A stretch of 63,180 nucleotides of DNA, counting the filler, from Octopus bimaculoides (taxonomy: Eukaryota): assembly GCF_001194135.2 (NCBI RefSeq). It is 4 parts of 4 records of this genome, joined end to end, with 100 filler letters (N's around TTAATTAATTAA, not from the genome) between each part and the next. Parts side by side here need not be neighbours in the genome. Positions count along the whole stretch, not along the records: positions 1 to 18,475 come from NC_068982.1; 3 more parts are not named here. One strand, 5' to 3'. A model generated the notes under the pieces. It did not search any database. It had not been told where the DNA came from and saw nothing but the letters and a program-made list of their open reading frames with translations. The position numbers and the translations under genes are program-made. Positions 1-13,163 of the stretch are shown here, piece by piece (within the stretch, counting starts at the first letter, position 1; the number at the start of each line of letters is the position of its first letter).

Positions 1-489
1 TATATATATATATATATATATATATTTGAATTTGTATACATGTTGAATAAATAAATGAATAAATGCATGAATGAATGCATAAGGTGGTAAGACGATGACG
101 TAAACAATTTTGTTTCCTTGTGGCATTTACACCAACTTTGTAATGTGACAATAGTCGTTAACGTAATTGTATATGAGGCCAAATTTTGTTATTAATGCTG
201 AATGATTTGTAAGTTATTTTTTTTAAATTTAAACAAAATGGTTTGTAGCTTTAAGTTAGTCCATTAATGAGGATATTTATAACATGGATTAATAAATAAA
301 TTTATAATTAACCTCCATAATATATTTGTCTTCAGTACAAACTATCTGCATTCGAAGTTACATTTAAGATATATGTTTTGATTATGCTATCATCTTTACA
401 TAAAATTATTAGAAGTATACTAGCAGAAATACTCGGCGTTACTCAAGATTAAAATGACATAGTTTGTGTATACATTAGAGTTATGTTGA

Positions 490-1343
490 AACAATCGATA
501 CGGGGGAAAGTGCATCATTGACGACAACACGATCGCGGAATAAATGAAGGGCTAATTCGACTATGCGACATGGCATGCTTCCGTTTGGAGTATTCCAGAC
601 CCTACCCTGTCATGGAAATTGGGGATAGGGGCAATGTAGTTTTTGAACCCACCAAAATTCTGTCAGTGGATATACTCTCCTTTGCGGAAGTCGCCGCTCC
701 GTCTAACACGACTCATCATCTGAGGTTTTGACACCTCCTTCGGGTTTGTTGTCCTACATCACTCACGAAATAAATTTGGAGGAAGTATAGTTATTCATTT
801 ATGGGTAACAGGGAAGCAATGGGGTGATAAACTTGCCCTTGAACTTTGAACGTTAGCATAAATTCCTGTTCAACTATCTCCTTAGATGTACCAAACGATT
901 TAATTTGAAATGCAGAGTAATATTGTTTGATATTGTTCAGAAAATCCTTTGACTGGATGGAAGTGCCTTCTAGAAGATCTATGAGAGATTGAGGAGGAAC
1001 TAAAAGTGCTGGCAATCTTACCTTACCACCTGAGCGGCGCATCCCATTAGTTTCATTTGGAAATTTAAGGAAAGTCTCATCTCCCCTCTGTATTGAGAAT
1101 TCATCTGTGCTACAGCATGCGTTTGCTGATGTTGAGAAAGTTTACTTCGGTTCTGTCTTGAAACCCAGTTTGATGTCCTACAGCATGCGCTTGATGATCT
1201 TGTGAAAGTCTCATCTCCTTTCTCTCTTGAGACTCTCGCCTGCGGTTTTCTACAATCCTCCTTGCTTTATTGTTGTTTCTGGAGAGATTACATCTTTTCT
1301 TTGATGGCATCTTGTAATATTGTAAACAAGAAATTATGAACAT
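490..1343 (-). mobile_element. Helitron Rep/helicase 5' coding relic (frameshifted, with stops)
   Basis: ORF 791-1042 (GKVRLPALLVPPQSLIDLLEG...FLNNIKQYYSAFQIKSFG...FMLTFKVQGQVYHPIASLLP) matches the N-terminal region typical of Helitron Rep proteins. It is preceded by a basic MPSKKRCNLSR N-terminus (1110-1343) and followed by YFVSDVGQQTRRRCQN (~730-780). Confidence 0.85.
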
Positions 1344-1779
1344 AGAAAAACTTATACGTTAACCTTTATTATTGTAAAGAGTTATATGTATGTACTATGT
1401 CTTTATTTTTGTATGCACTATAAATTAACCAAATCTAAACAAATTACCCAAATAGAACATGTATGAGCCGCAAATTTGTAATTGCAAATAACTTGCAGCC
1501 TTGCAACTGCTGCGATAATTATTAACTGGTAATTGAATGGTAAATGCGTATTATTATATGCCTTGGACCTGCTACCTCATTGTTTTTTGTCAGGAGTTTT
1601 CACCTCCAGCCATTCGTTATGCCACTCAACACCCATACACTGCTACACCATTCTCCTGTCATGGCCATAAAGACGGAAAGTTGCCGATGCGTAATGCTGT
1701 TCACATTAGGATATAAATCTTTCATTTATTTCAAATACAATAAAAATAAGATTATTTTAGTGTTATCACATTAGAGTTA

Positions 1780-2110
1780 AACGTGAAAGAAGAGAAGTGA
1801 AACAATATTGGTCTTATTATAGTCTTATCAAAAGTGAAAGAATAAATAAAAGTAAAACAATATTATACCGCTGAAACAAATCGGAAGGATCGTGTAGGGA
1901 GAGGCCACGACCCCCTATATGAGCAAAGCCCAAAATCAGACCCCATACAACCTTTCCCGAGTAATGAAAAAACCTTCCTGCCAAATTTGGTACAGATTGA
2001 TCTCGCAGTTTCGCCATGCATAGAGGAAATACACACACACACACACACACAAAGTGAATTCTAGAGGTATAAATAGCTCAAATCTAATAATAATAGTATG
2101 TATATATATA
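1780..2110 (-). mobile_element. Probable non-coding 5' part of the Helitron (rolling-circle element type terminal region)
   Basis: Minus strand reads (TA)n...(TG)n TATTTCCTCTATGCATGGCGAAACTGCGAGATCAATCTGTACCAAATTTGGCAGG. This microsatellite plus CCAAATTTGG layout is common at the 5' end of animal Helitrons. It lies directly upstream of the Rep relic on the same strand. Confidence 0.5.
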
Positions 2111-2313
2111 ATTTTATAAAATGGCCTATCGAGATTAAAAACATTTCTATTGTAAGTACGTATTTTGCTGTTATTTTTCCGTGAGCAATGAATGTATAAA
2201 TTTATAAGCATTGATTTCCAGCGGTTATTTTCCTCTGATAAACTAAGTAAATTTGTGTTTTTCACTTGCCAACGACTAATAATGACGTTTATATTAGTAC
2301 GCATAAATAGATT

Positions 2314-2487
2314 AGAAAGAGGGGTAGGCCTAAGAACTCGTGGCGTAGATCACCACAAAAGGAACTAGAGAAAGGGGGATATTCATGGCAGAGTATAAGT
2401 ACAGAAGCGAAAAATTATGCAGCATGTAATTCAATTATAAGTGGCCTATACTCCACGTTGGAGGGTTAAAGGCAAGAAAGAAAGAAA
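2314..2487 (+). mobile_element. RTE-clade LINE 3' terminal fragment
   Basis: Translates to GRPKNSWRRSPQKELEKGGYSWQ...SGLYST, like the RTE C-terminal GRPxxTWRR motif, and ends in an (AAGA)n tail. Confidence 0.6.
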
Positions 2488-2972
2488 TATGTAATATATC
2501 GTTTATAATTTCGTGCTAATTTATACACATTCTACTACTACAAATCATAACTAGAACAATTAGTAACATAAACTAGTGTTCGTATAAATACACAACTCAA
2601 CTAAACTTATTATATAAGTAATTTAACTTATGTATGCATTTAATTTTTCATTCATCTAGTGAATTAATAATTTTTTTATTATCAGTTAATAATATCTCCT
2701 TAAATTCATTAGTACATAATAAACAAGAAACAGTGCCTATTCGAAAAGATTTAGCATTACAAACTAATTTAAATTGTACATAATATTCTTAGATCTTAGC
2801 TCCTATATATATTTACTAAATCTAGTAGAATTAATTAAATTTCTATTCTTAAATTGATTCATATATATATATATATTTAAGTACCTGTGTGTGTAGGTGT
2901 GTGTATATGAGGGATATATATGTATGTGTGTGTATGTGTATATATAAATATGTGTGTATGTATGTATGTATG

Positions 2973-3012
<40 letters not shown>

Positions 3013-3075
3013 GCTATGCAAGAAGGTATGGGTTTTTGCGTGTATACACACACACGTATCCATAGGTGTGGATGT

Positions 3076-3418
3076 ATAAGTCCTGGGGTTGATTTGTTCG
3101 ACTAAAAGCGGTGCTCCAGTATGGTCGCAGTCAAATGACAAACAAGTAGAACAACAACAGAATAAAGGAATATAAGTATGTATATATATCAATGTGTGTG
3201 TGTCTTTGTATCTGCGCTTCTCCCTCAGTACACCTTAACAGCCAGTGTTGGTGTGTTTTCCAACCCCGTAACTTAGCGGCTCGACAAAAGAGACAGACAC
3301 AATATGTACCAGGATTAACAAAAACATAAATTCTGGAGTCGATTCATTCGACTAAGATTTATTCAAGGCCGTGGTCCCAGGATGGTCGCAGTCTAGAAAT
3401 TGAAACAAATAAAAGATA
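3076..3418 (+). mobile_element. Two 3' halves of SINE family B
   Basis: CCTGGGGTTGATTTGTTCGACTAA...GCGGTGCTCCAG.ATGG.CGCAGTC motif shared with the full copy at 47609-47991. Confidence 0.75.
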
Positions 3419-5519
3419 GATATACATCCATTAACATATGCCTACATTAATATGAATAGGCGAACACACATATGATTATGAAACGCTACATTATACAAAC
3501 CTACACAGCTACAAAGGAAGTGAAGAAAAACTTAGCGGTAAGTTCAATGTGAATTAGGTGAACTAGGAGTACTTGGGACATACTTTAATACCTTTGGTTT
3601 GGGAAGATTCAAGAATGAAGATATAATTTGTATCTTTGTGGTTGTAGGTGAAGGGGAAACTATGGCATGATGTTAACCCATATAGAAATTGTTGAAAGAA
3701 TGATCTGAGTGGATCTAAATTTTCCAAATTATCCGGTTGTAGGGGTTACTTATTTGATCGATATAGAAAGATAAAATCTGTGTGATATGAACTTAGTTCC
3801 AGTTATACAGTCGCAGAATGCTGCAATATATTTTCAGGCAGAGAGCAAACGTCATTCGACCGCTTGAATTGCTTGAAATAGAAGCTAAATTGGCACTGGT
3901 TATAGTTAGAAAATGAAAGGTAACTTCAAATATTATCGTTCTACATAACTCCAAAAGACACGTTGCTCATAGCTGCAATACCTTTTTTCATATGTCCATT
4001 GAACCAGGGTGACTATTTAGTGCTAAGTAACAAGCATAATCAATCATTTGTGTCATTTCTACTTCTCTGTTATCTAAAATCTCCTTCATTATGTTCGCTC
4101 GTAAAATATGTTATGTTCAAGTATTGACGTACATTTAATGTAACCTTCAACCTGACATTAGATTTCTCTCTGTGTGTGATCAAATCTGTTGGCATAAACT
4201 ATAAGCAGTCTTGTCAATTTTAGTAAAATCGATTACATTTAGATCAATACCTGGCAAGCTAATAAGAGTTAATTATAAATAAAATGACTGTCTGAAATAT
4301 AGATGAAAGTTTTCTAATTTAATAACTACTAACAGAGGTTATCAGCCATTTCACCCTCAAAGACTCGTAAATAGTCAAACTCCTTCTTTTATAATTATGA
4401 CTAAGAATTTGAATAGGCAATTGAAAACCAAACGATTACATGCTGTCTCTAACTTACGATTTATACTTTCCCCTTCAGCTATTTCTCACCTATACATTAT
4501 AAATTTTCATTTGTGTAAACACTGTTCTAATTATTAAAAGTAAGTGTTTTTGTCCATGAAAATGCCAATTATGCGCGGATCTACCAGTTAAAGTTAATTG
4601 CCTATTGACAATTATATAAACCGTTACGTGCTAAATATAGATATATAATTAAATAGTGATATTAACCTTGGAGCGTTGAATTAATCTAATCTGTTCTGTG
4701 CTCCAGATAAGAACAATTGATTCTAGCATTAGAACACTCAATGAAGCTTATGATATTTCTATGACTGATAACCAGTGGGATGTAAATTAATCAATAACTT
4801 AAAGAAAGGTTAGACAAGTTATTAGCAAATATTCCTTCTTCATCAATATTGTACAAAGTCCTGCAACAGTTCATTTCACAATCACGTCAAATCCTCCCTT
4901 AGTGCTTTTTTCTTCTGTCTGACTGCTCACATGTTTCATCATAACAAATTTACAATTCAGTGGATTTTTGCCTCTTAAAATCAGTAACCTATAGGACGAC
5001 TGACATCCTACTTAGTTGTCGGTAGACCCTATGGTACTACCGACAACTATAGACAAATTCTTCAACGAAAAGTATACTCAAGAATGAGCTCTTTCAGCTC
5101 CTATTCTTGGTATTCTGGAAATTCTTATATATGTTGTACACATTATTCTAGCTGTTGGCTATAAAACAGTGTAGCGTAGGGGAAGTGGACAGGATGTTCG
5201 CTCCAGTGTTCTCATTCTTGATACATTTCAATATACGTATATGTTATTTGAAAACAGACATATCTTTTAGTTTACGAAAGTAACTTTTATTTTAGACAAG
5301 TTGGTGATTCCAATGGTGAAATTATCCATTCTCGACCTAGATTTCATTAAAATATCATAACAGCTGATACTCACTGAATCCTCTAGATTATCACCTCATC
5401 TTCTCATAATGTTCAGTTTCGGTTCGTTTTCCTATCAATATTATTTACTTAGTTCATACTTTACAGTCAAGATCATACTAGAGCACTGCTTTGTATGAGG
5501 AAATACGGAGTTAACATGT

Positions 5520-5600
5520 TAGATATTCATTCTCTTAACTGCCTCATATTCTTCCAGTTTGGCACTCCAAAAGGAATCATCGACATAGAAAATTTATAAC
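5520..5600 (-). mobile_element. Possible BEL/Pao LTR-retrotransposon RT motif relic
   Basis: Minus strand gives IFYVDDSFWSAKLEEYEAVKRM, resembling the BEL/Pao NFYVDD...EEA motif. Flanks give no clear support. Confidence 0.25.
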
Positions 5601-7717
5601 AGTGTATACATACGATAAACCTAAAGAAGTATGTGCTCCCTACTCAGCCCAATATAGTGAAACTTCGATACAATGCACACATTTCGAATCTATTGCACGG
5701 CACAAAAGTCTATCGATATACATGTGTTATTCTGATTACTAGACATACGCTACTGCGAATTGAGACAGCGCCTGAATATGATAATGAAAACTTCAGCCGA
5801 TGGGGCAGCCTCTGCTTGTCGAAAGCAGAAGCATATCGAATCTTTTTTTTTTTTTTTAGGTCTTACTATTTCTGTGGTGTACTAGAAAAAAGAATAGAAG
5901 CTATCGTTTAGATATCTTCTTGGAATCGCAAGGCCTGAGATAAAATCTAAATGATTAATAATTTTTTCGAATTTGTATAACTGTTAAGTAATAGAGTTTG
6001 TCATACAGGCAACAACCTACGGACGTTTAAACTGGAAACCATCCACGTCGAGCTCATCGTTTTAAGAGTAATTTCACAAAACCGTATTGACCACCACTTC
6101 TCTAACAAGGTAATAAATTAGCATTGCGTGTTTTATATGACGTGTTTATACCCTAAAGACATATACATTGTTTTTATTTGGAATATAACTACTGAGTATG
6201 CTGGGTACAATTCCTTATGCCTTGGTGGCATAATCAAGACAAGCCTTCGTCAAGTCAATTCTAAATAATGTATATTATAGTATATATATTTCTTCACAGG
6301 TAAAAGTTTTAACTGAACCGCGTGTTAAATAAATGAACCGCAAAACGAAGACACAAAACATCCAAGCAATTCATTTAATTATATGATAAAACATGTTCGT
6401 AATTAAGATCTATCACAATTTGGTGAATTCATAGACACCATTGCAATTCATATTACACCTTCTTGTCTTATTTCCGAGAGGAATGTCTTACTACGACGCT
6501 TATTAGATTGTTTTGCATAGACCACATAGCACAGCTGCAATTATCATTCCGGAAAAGCATTTCTAATATTTCGCACGAATTATGCCCACATTTGTGTATT
6601 ATCATATGTTTTGATTCTTGATATGAATGTAACCAGTCCCTTCTGTTTGATATATACTTACAATTACTGCTTGTTTTAAAAACAAACAAAAAGTAATAAA
6701 AAGGATCTTACTGGATATCCCTTCAAGATGAATTGATATTTCATTTCTTGCTACGACTGTGGACAGTTTTCTTTTGGGAATGTTGTGGCTAGCAATCTTA
6801 GGTTCTAAGAATCTCTAAACTTTCCAGAGAACGTTGAATAAAACTTTCCTTTTTGAAAGCGGTTCTGAAAGAATATATAAAGCTATAAATAATATCATGT
6901 GAGTATTGGGCTGAAATATCCTTCTACATAGAAATTACCGAAGGCTATCTTCGACTATGTCTATCTAAAGCTCTATATGTACCTTGAGAAACAATTCCAA
7001 AAGTACATATATATATATATATAGGTGTATAAATGTTGATATATATANNNNNNNNNNNNNNNNNNNNNNNNNNNNNNNNNNNNNNNNNNNNNNNNNNNNN
7101 NNNNNNNNNNNNNNNNNNNNNNNNNNNNNNNNNNNNNNNNNNNNNNNNNNNNNNNNNNNNNNNNNNNNNNNNNNNNNNNNNNNNNNNNNNNNNNNNNNNN
7201 NNNNNNNNNNNNNNNNNNNNNNNNNNNNNNNNNNNNNNNNNNNNNNNNNNNNNNNNNNNNNNNNNNNNNNNNNNNNNNNNNNNNNNNNNNNNNNNNNNNN
7301 NNNNNNNNNNNNNNNNNNNNNNNNNNNNNNNNNNNNNNNNNNNNNNNNNNNNNNNNNNNNNNNNNNNNNNNNNNNNNNNNNNNNNNNNNNNNNNNNNNNN
7401 NNAGAGAGAGAGCGAGAGAGAGAGAGAGTGTGTGTGTGTGTGTGTGTGTTATGTGTAGCGTACAGAAATTGAATACTGAGAAAAAAGTCGTCAGAAATTT
7501 AGGGAAAAAAATCTTTTTATTTCTTCATTGTTATTAGCGCTTTCGTTCGTTTCTCAAACTTGTGAAATACATTTTTTTAAATGTACAAACAGCTTGTTCA
7601 TTTATATAAAACAGATCTTTGGTGGTGGTGGTGGGTATTTCATTTCTTTTTCTTTTTTTCTCTTTCCTTCTTTTCTCCTCATTCCACCTTTTTTCCTCTT
7701 TCGTTCATTTTCTCCTC

Positions 7718-7808
7718 TTTGAGTTATAGTTAGAATACAAAATGTACTGTCTCCCCTTTTCTTTCAAACATTCATTTTTGGAGAGGATCTTTTGATGGTA
7801 TGTAGTTC
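7718..7808 (-). repeat. Diverged second copy of the PLE 3' end (pseudo-LTR-like direct repeat of 8178-8268)
   Basis: 91-nt ungapped match to 8178-8268 with about 11 mismatches, 460 bp apart. Confidence 0.75.
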
Positions 7809-8177
7809 TACATGAAAAAAACATTAGTAAAATACTTACAAATTAAAAATTAAAAGTAAATAAATAATATATATAAATATATATATATATTAAATANNNN
7901 NNNNNNATAAAGTGTGTGTGTGTACGTGTGTGCGTGTGTGCATGTTTGGGAACACGTCCATGGTTATACTGTGTAACTTCAATGTTTTGTATTGAAAAAC
8001 AAAATCACGCCTCTTTCAATTTCATGTTTTTGCATTAGAGAACATTAGTATAACACTTGCAAACTAGAAAAACACGCAAAGCACAGAACATCTCAATGCC
8101 ACACATATGCACCTGAATATTTATAGAGATACATATGCACCTGAATATTTACAGAGATGAGCATTATGTTTCCGATA

Positions 8178-9960
8178 TTTGAGTTATATTTAGAATACAA
8201 AATGTACTGTCTCCGCTTTCTTTTCACACATTCAATTTTGGAGAGAATTTTTTAATGAAATGTAGTTCCGTCGCTTTTCGGTATTGCGGATCATCCCATG
8301 CACATTTGTAAAAGGGAAAAATTTTGAATTTTCCGTCGCTGCATATTTTCAGATGTTTACTTAATGGAATCTTGCGTAATTCCTCTTGTTGGATATGTTG
8401 CCTATGGATTGGCAGAAGGAATTATTTGTTTCGCCAACGTAATTTTCTTTGCATTTTGTGCAGGTAATGCAGTATATAAGGTTTTACGTTTTATAGTTCA
8501 TATCTGCATTTATTTTGAAAAGGGATCCGCTCTTGAATTTTATGTCGGAACCACTTTCTAAGTAGTTGAAGTTGTTGTTCTTGCATGTTCTACATCTCCT
8601 ATCTCGACATTCTTTTGCTAAGAATTCTGATTCAATCTCTGATTTGAATTCTGCTCTTGTAAGGTGTTTTTTAAAGATTTTATTGGCGTCTGCTATTCCA
8701 TAAGGTGTTTTTTAAATCAGACTTTACATTTTGGGGTTTTGTAGGAGTACAGGTAAGTTCGATTTTATGGCGTGAGAGATGTTGATTATTCCAGCCCTGT
8801 GTGTGTTAACGAACGGAATCCTGTTTTCATTAAATTTTTTCCTTAGGTGTCCATAGTTGGGTGATTTCAGTTTCATCGCCGTTCTAATTCCTTCAGTAAT
8901 TAATCCTAAGGGGTATTTCTTCATTGTAAAAAAACTCTTTGAGTTCGTTGAGATGAATTTCACGTATTTTGGGGTCAGTCACTATGGCACATATGCGTCT
9001 TTCCATGCTGTATGGGATGTTTCTTTTGATATGTGATGGAAGGCAAAAGTAGAAGTTTAAATATTGGTGTGTGTCAGTTTTTTTGTAAAATATGTCTGTT
9101 GTAGCTGTGGAGCTCTGTATTATTATGTGGATATCCAGGATTGGTAATTCATTGCAACTAGATTCTGTTGTGAATTTGATGGGTGAAATGTGTTCAGTAT
9201 ATTGATAAATATACTTAGATCTTCATTCGTTCTGTCACAAAAGATGAAGCAATCATGAAGGAAACGTTTCCAGCTTTTTTCCATAAATGTTCTCTTTTTC
9301 TGGACTTTTGACTGTACATTCACATCCGCTGGGCAGCTGAACTCAACAACAGTGCAAGACTTTTTCTCTCTATCCCACAGAACAATAGCAGATCCGTTTT
9401 GTTTGCAATGAATTGATATTTTTATTGGGATGTTTCACCAGTATTCTTTGTTTTTAAAAGTGTGAGTTCCTGTTGTTTCTGGTATGCCGTTGGTGTATTA
9501 GTCAGGACAGTCTTTCCCGTGGATAGCATTGTAGATAGACTTTCCGACTATATCATGCCCTAAGGAGGGGTGGTAACTCGAAGACATTTTGGGGCAGTTG
9601 TTGATGATTTGGGTGATATCTTTCGCACTGGTATAGCAGAGCCGACATTTTTATGACAATATGGAGATCTGGTGGTTTCTTTGTTCCTCTTGTTTATCAG
9701 TTATTTGGCAGTTAGCTCCTGTTCCAGGATAATGAAGTCATATCCTTATAGTAAGGATGTAATGAATCTATCACAAATCCAGGAGACGCTACGCTTCATG
9801 TAAATTCTGTTGTTGCCCTCTAGCTTACGAGATATGTACCCATGCAATGCTTTTTGTTGGTATGAGCCTGCTTCTTCACTAACCTTTTGTTTAGGTAGGT
9901 CAATCCAACCTTGTTTGTGTCACATGAGACAGTTGTATTCTCTGAATACTTGCACAGTAG
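8178..9960 (-). mobile_element. Penelope-like retroelement relic (RT + C-terminal GIY-YIG endonuclease)
   Basis: Minus strand has NLIYCITCTKCKENYVGET (~8428-8484, GIY-YIG), WKRFLHDCFIFCDRT..DLSIFINILN (~9200-9272, RT catalytic motif with D>H) and thumb/linker ORF 8724-8963. Many stops and frameshifts; 5' boundary approximate. Confidence 0.9.
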
Positions 9961-10097
9961 ATCTTCTCCAACTGTGAAGATATTGCTCTCACTTTTGAGT
10001 GTGCATGGAATATACTCCTTTCCTTACTGCCCAGCAGGTGTTGCCTCAGTGATACAATACGAATGAGCCTCTACCGCCTTCACTTTATCTCACACAG

Positions 10098-10447
10098 TTC
10101 CTATCAGTGTCACTGTTAATGTGGACATGATGTTTGGAGTGGTCACTAGTGATGGCGACGTTATGCCTCCATTCATTTTCCCATACGGCCTCAGATTCAA
10201 CACGGAAGCCTACATCAAGTGCCTGGAAGTGGTAGTGCTACCCTGGGTCAAGAGGATGGTTGCTGGAAGACCCCATATCTGGCAACAGGACTCTGCACGT
10301 ACCACACAAGCAGGAGAACCCAGTCATGGATGTCATACAATTTCCGCAACCACATCACCCCTAACATCTGGTCATTTAACTCTTCTGGCTGCTTCCCCCT
10401 TTATTATTGTTTGTAGGGCGAAGTTGAGCAAGAGAACGCTGCTGCGC
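10098..10447 (+). mobile_element. Tc1/mariner transposase DDD-domain fragment
   Basis: MMFGVVTSDGDVMPPFIFPYGLRFNTEAYIKCLEVVVLPWVKRMVAGRPHIWQQDSA, continuing after a frameshift as HTSRRTQSWMSYNFRNHITPNIWSFNS. WQQDSA and W..NSPD..P are diagnostic motifs. Confidence 0.85.
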
Positions 10448-11789
10448 GTAAGTACATTTGTCAGTCAAGTCCGACGACCCTACCGGACTGCTCGATCGGT
10501 AGTAGTGTTGAGTGGTATGTACAAAAGGCAGAGACATGATCATCGACAGTAGCTGATGACCCGCACCTACCGGCAATTCCTCGTTCTTGGCGTTGGTTTC
10601 AGACCCCGATCCCTATCACGAGAGACGGTTTAGAGGTTTTCCGACCTCATAATATTTATGAAGTAGTATGTTGTGAGGTTTATGGTTTTCCTGGCAGCAT
10701 TGTCGAGACAACTGAAACAAAACGAATGGAATCATGAATTGTAGTCTCATTTCTGACTCGGGTGCCGTATTTTTAATTCTCGTTATTTCAATCAATAATA
10801 AATAAAGTATTGATGTCTTTTATAATTAATGTTTTATCAGAATATGCAATTTGTTTTAACATATTTAGAAAGATATCATATCTTGCATCTTGCATTAATT
10901 AAAGAAAGAAACTAAATGACTATTTCATTGTAATGCCTCTCCGTTTAAATGAAGCAGGACAATTACTCCAATGAGCGTAAGAATAAATGGTGTTTAGTTC
11001 AAAATAGTTGCCTCTTAGACGCCACTCGACATTACATTCGTCACGCTTTTTAGTCCTTCGTACACAGACGATAAAGCTTCTTTTCATCATTCACCAAATC
11101 AATAATTGTAAAATATGATATAGCTCACTTCACAATAAAATATCTGAAATCTCAATATTAATGGAAAACAATGCATATCTTTTTAGGAAACCAGCAGATA
11201 GTGTATTCAAATCATGATAGAAACGTTGTTCAGTTGGCAAAGATTCTAAATATCGAATCCGATTTAACATCAGCGAATGGAAATCTTAATATCTATTAGG
11301 AAATCTTTCTACCAAGCATCTGTGTACAACTAAAAGCCAAAAACATAATTCTTCCGAAACTTCTGGCCGATATTACATCGATGCAAAATCAAGGGGTAGT
11401 GCAAACCAGGCGAGTAAAATGTGTGTATCTTAGCTAAATAATTGACAAACCGAATCTTTGTCAAAAAGCTCAAATTCATGGAGAAGAATGGTTAGGAAAT
11501 CGTGAATAGCTTCAGCGGGAGTGATATCAGATCGATATGACAGTTTACTAGTTTACATCATGATATTTTTATACGACAATCGCATCCCGAGATATAGAGG
11601 GATAAATTTATATAGTACAACATAACGCTTGTTGATGTATCCATAGATAACACTAAAATATCGATATATTCTGTGAACAGTAAAAACAATTGACGAGATA
11701 GTGACACTTGATAATGCTACCGAAAAACTACCTCGCATTTTGCTATTCTATATTTTTATTGATATGGAAGTTTATATACTTACATATGA

Positions 11790-11930
11790 GCACACTTTGA
11801 CCCGAAACTAAATGGTTTCAGATTCCATCCAGCTACCTAGGTACATAATACCTTGAGCAAACACGTCTTCTATAGCTGCAAGCTGATCAATGCCGCGTGA
11901 CTGAAACTGTCAGACGGAATCTGTGTGGGA
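11790..11930 (+). mobile_element. Degenerate SINE family B 5' part
   Basis: ATGGTTTCAGATTCCATCC...CCTTGAGCAAACACGTCTTCTATAGC resembles the head of family B. Confidence 0.4.
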
Positions 11931-11944
11931 GACTGTTGTTTGTA

Positions 11945-11980
<36 letters not shown>

Positions 11981-12586
11981 GATACACCCACATACGTGAA
12001 CACACACATAGATAAACAGATAGACAGACAGACACACGCATACATGCACATTTGTCGGTGATCGAGCCATCCTGCGTTCCTTTATTTTAAATAAATATAT
12101 ATGTGTGTGTGTGTTAGCGCGCGCGTGTATGTATGTGCGTGTGTGTGTGTGTATAATATACAATAAGAGGTTGAATGGTTACAACAAATGTTATCGCAAC
12201 ATGCACACCAGCATGCATGTTGAGATCACCTTCGTTATGAACATCTCTACAACACGAAACACCATTACTGGCATTGTTTATTGTACGTTTTTGTCCTTAA
12301 CTGTAATTTTTTACTCTGCAGTGTTAGGCCTACTTTGGCTCAAAAAACTAATTCTATCACCAAGAATATGTCTTGCATCACTATATCTTTATTTACTATT
12401 TATTGTTATTATTGGTATTATCCTCACTGTTATTGTTTATCATATGCCTGTTGTTACGACCCGTTTATTTTTGCTCTGATGTGTACGCCCTCTCGAAGAC
12501 ACACTTCTCTGTTAAATCTGCTCATCTTTATTGTTACCAAGCTTACCACCACTGTTTTTTCCTTCTTATTATAACAATTATTGTTC

Positions 12587-12797
12587 AAGGTGGCGAACTG
12601 GCAGAATCGTTACTAAACCGGGCAGAAGGCCTAGCGGCATTTCGTCCGTTTTTATGTTTTGAATTCAAATTCCGCCAGCGTCGACTTTGCCTTTCATTCT
12701 TTCAGCTTAAATAAAATAAGTGAAACAATGGAGTCGCTGTAGTCGACTAGTCCCCTCCCACAAAATTTCAGTTTTGTGCCTTAGTAGAAGGATTATT
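12587..12797 (+). mobile_element. tRNA-derived SINE family A
   Basis: A-box-like GGCGAACTGGCAGAATCGTTA, B-box-like GAATTCAAATTCC, body GTCGACTTTGCCTTTCAT, 3' end GTGCCTTAGTAGAAGG followed by ATT repeats. Confidence 0.85.
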
Positions 12798-12927
12798 AAA
12801 ATTATTAAGCTGGTAGAATCTAAATTGCTAACCTTGTGCTAAAATTTGGAACCATGATCTATTGTCAATATCATACTTACTATTTTATAATAATTTTATA
12901 ATTACAATAATGATAATCATTGTAATT

Positions 12928-13126
12928 AAAGTGGTGAGCTGGCAGAATCGTTAACGTTCCAGCTTAGCGACATTTCTTCCATTTATACGGTCTGAGTTCA
13001 AATTTCGGCGAGGTCGAATTATATTGTTTCGGGATCGTTGAAATATGTACCAGTTGGACACTAGGGTTACTCTAATCGACTAAGCCTCTCCGCTAAAACT
13101 TCAGTCCTTGTACCTATATTAGAAAG
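12928..13126 (+). mobile_element. tRNA-derived SINE family A
   Basis: GGTGAGCTGGCAGAATCGTTA...GAGTTCAAATTTCGGCGAGGTCGA..., followed by an (ATT)n tail to 13163. Confidence 0.85.
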
Positions 13127-13128
13127 TA

Positions 13129-13163
<35 letters not shown>

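Noticed and set aside
4479-4539. Plus-strand exon-like unit with strong acceptor and donor
   Set aside because: Stops in all three phases; it could only be non-coding, and there is no further support.
6500-6580. IRNAFPE..LQLCY resembling a MULE transposase motif
   Set aside because: A single short motif with two stops and no supporting flanks.
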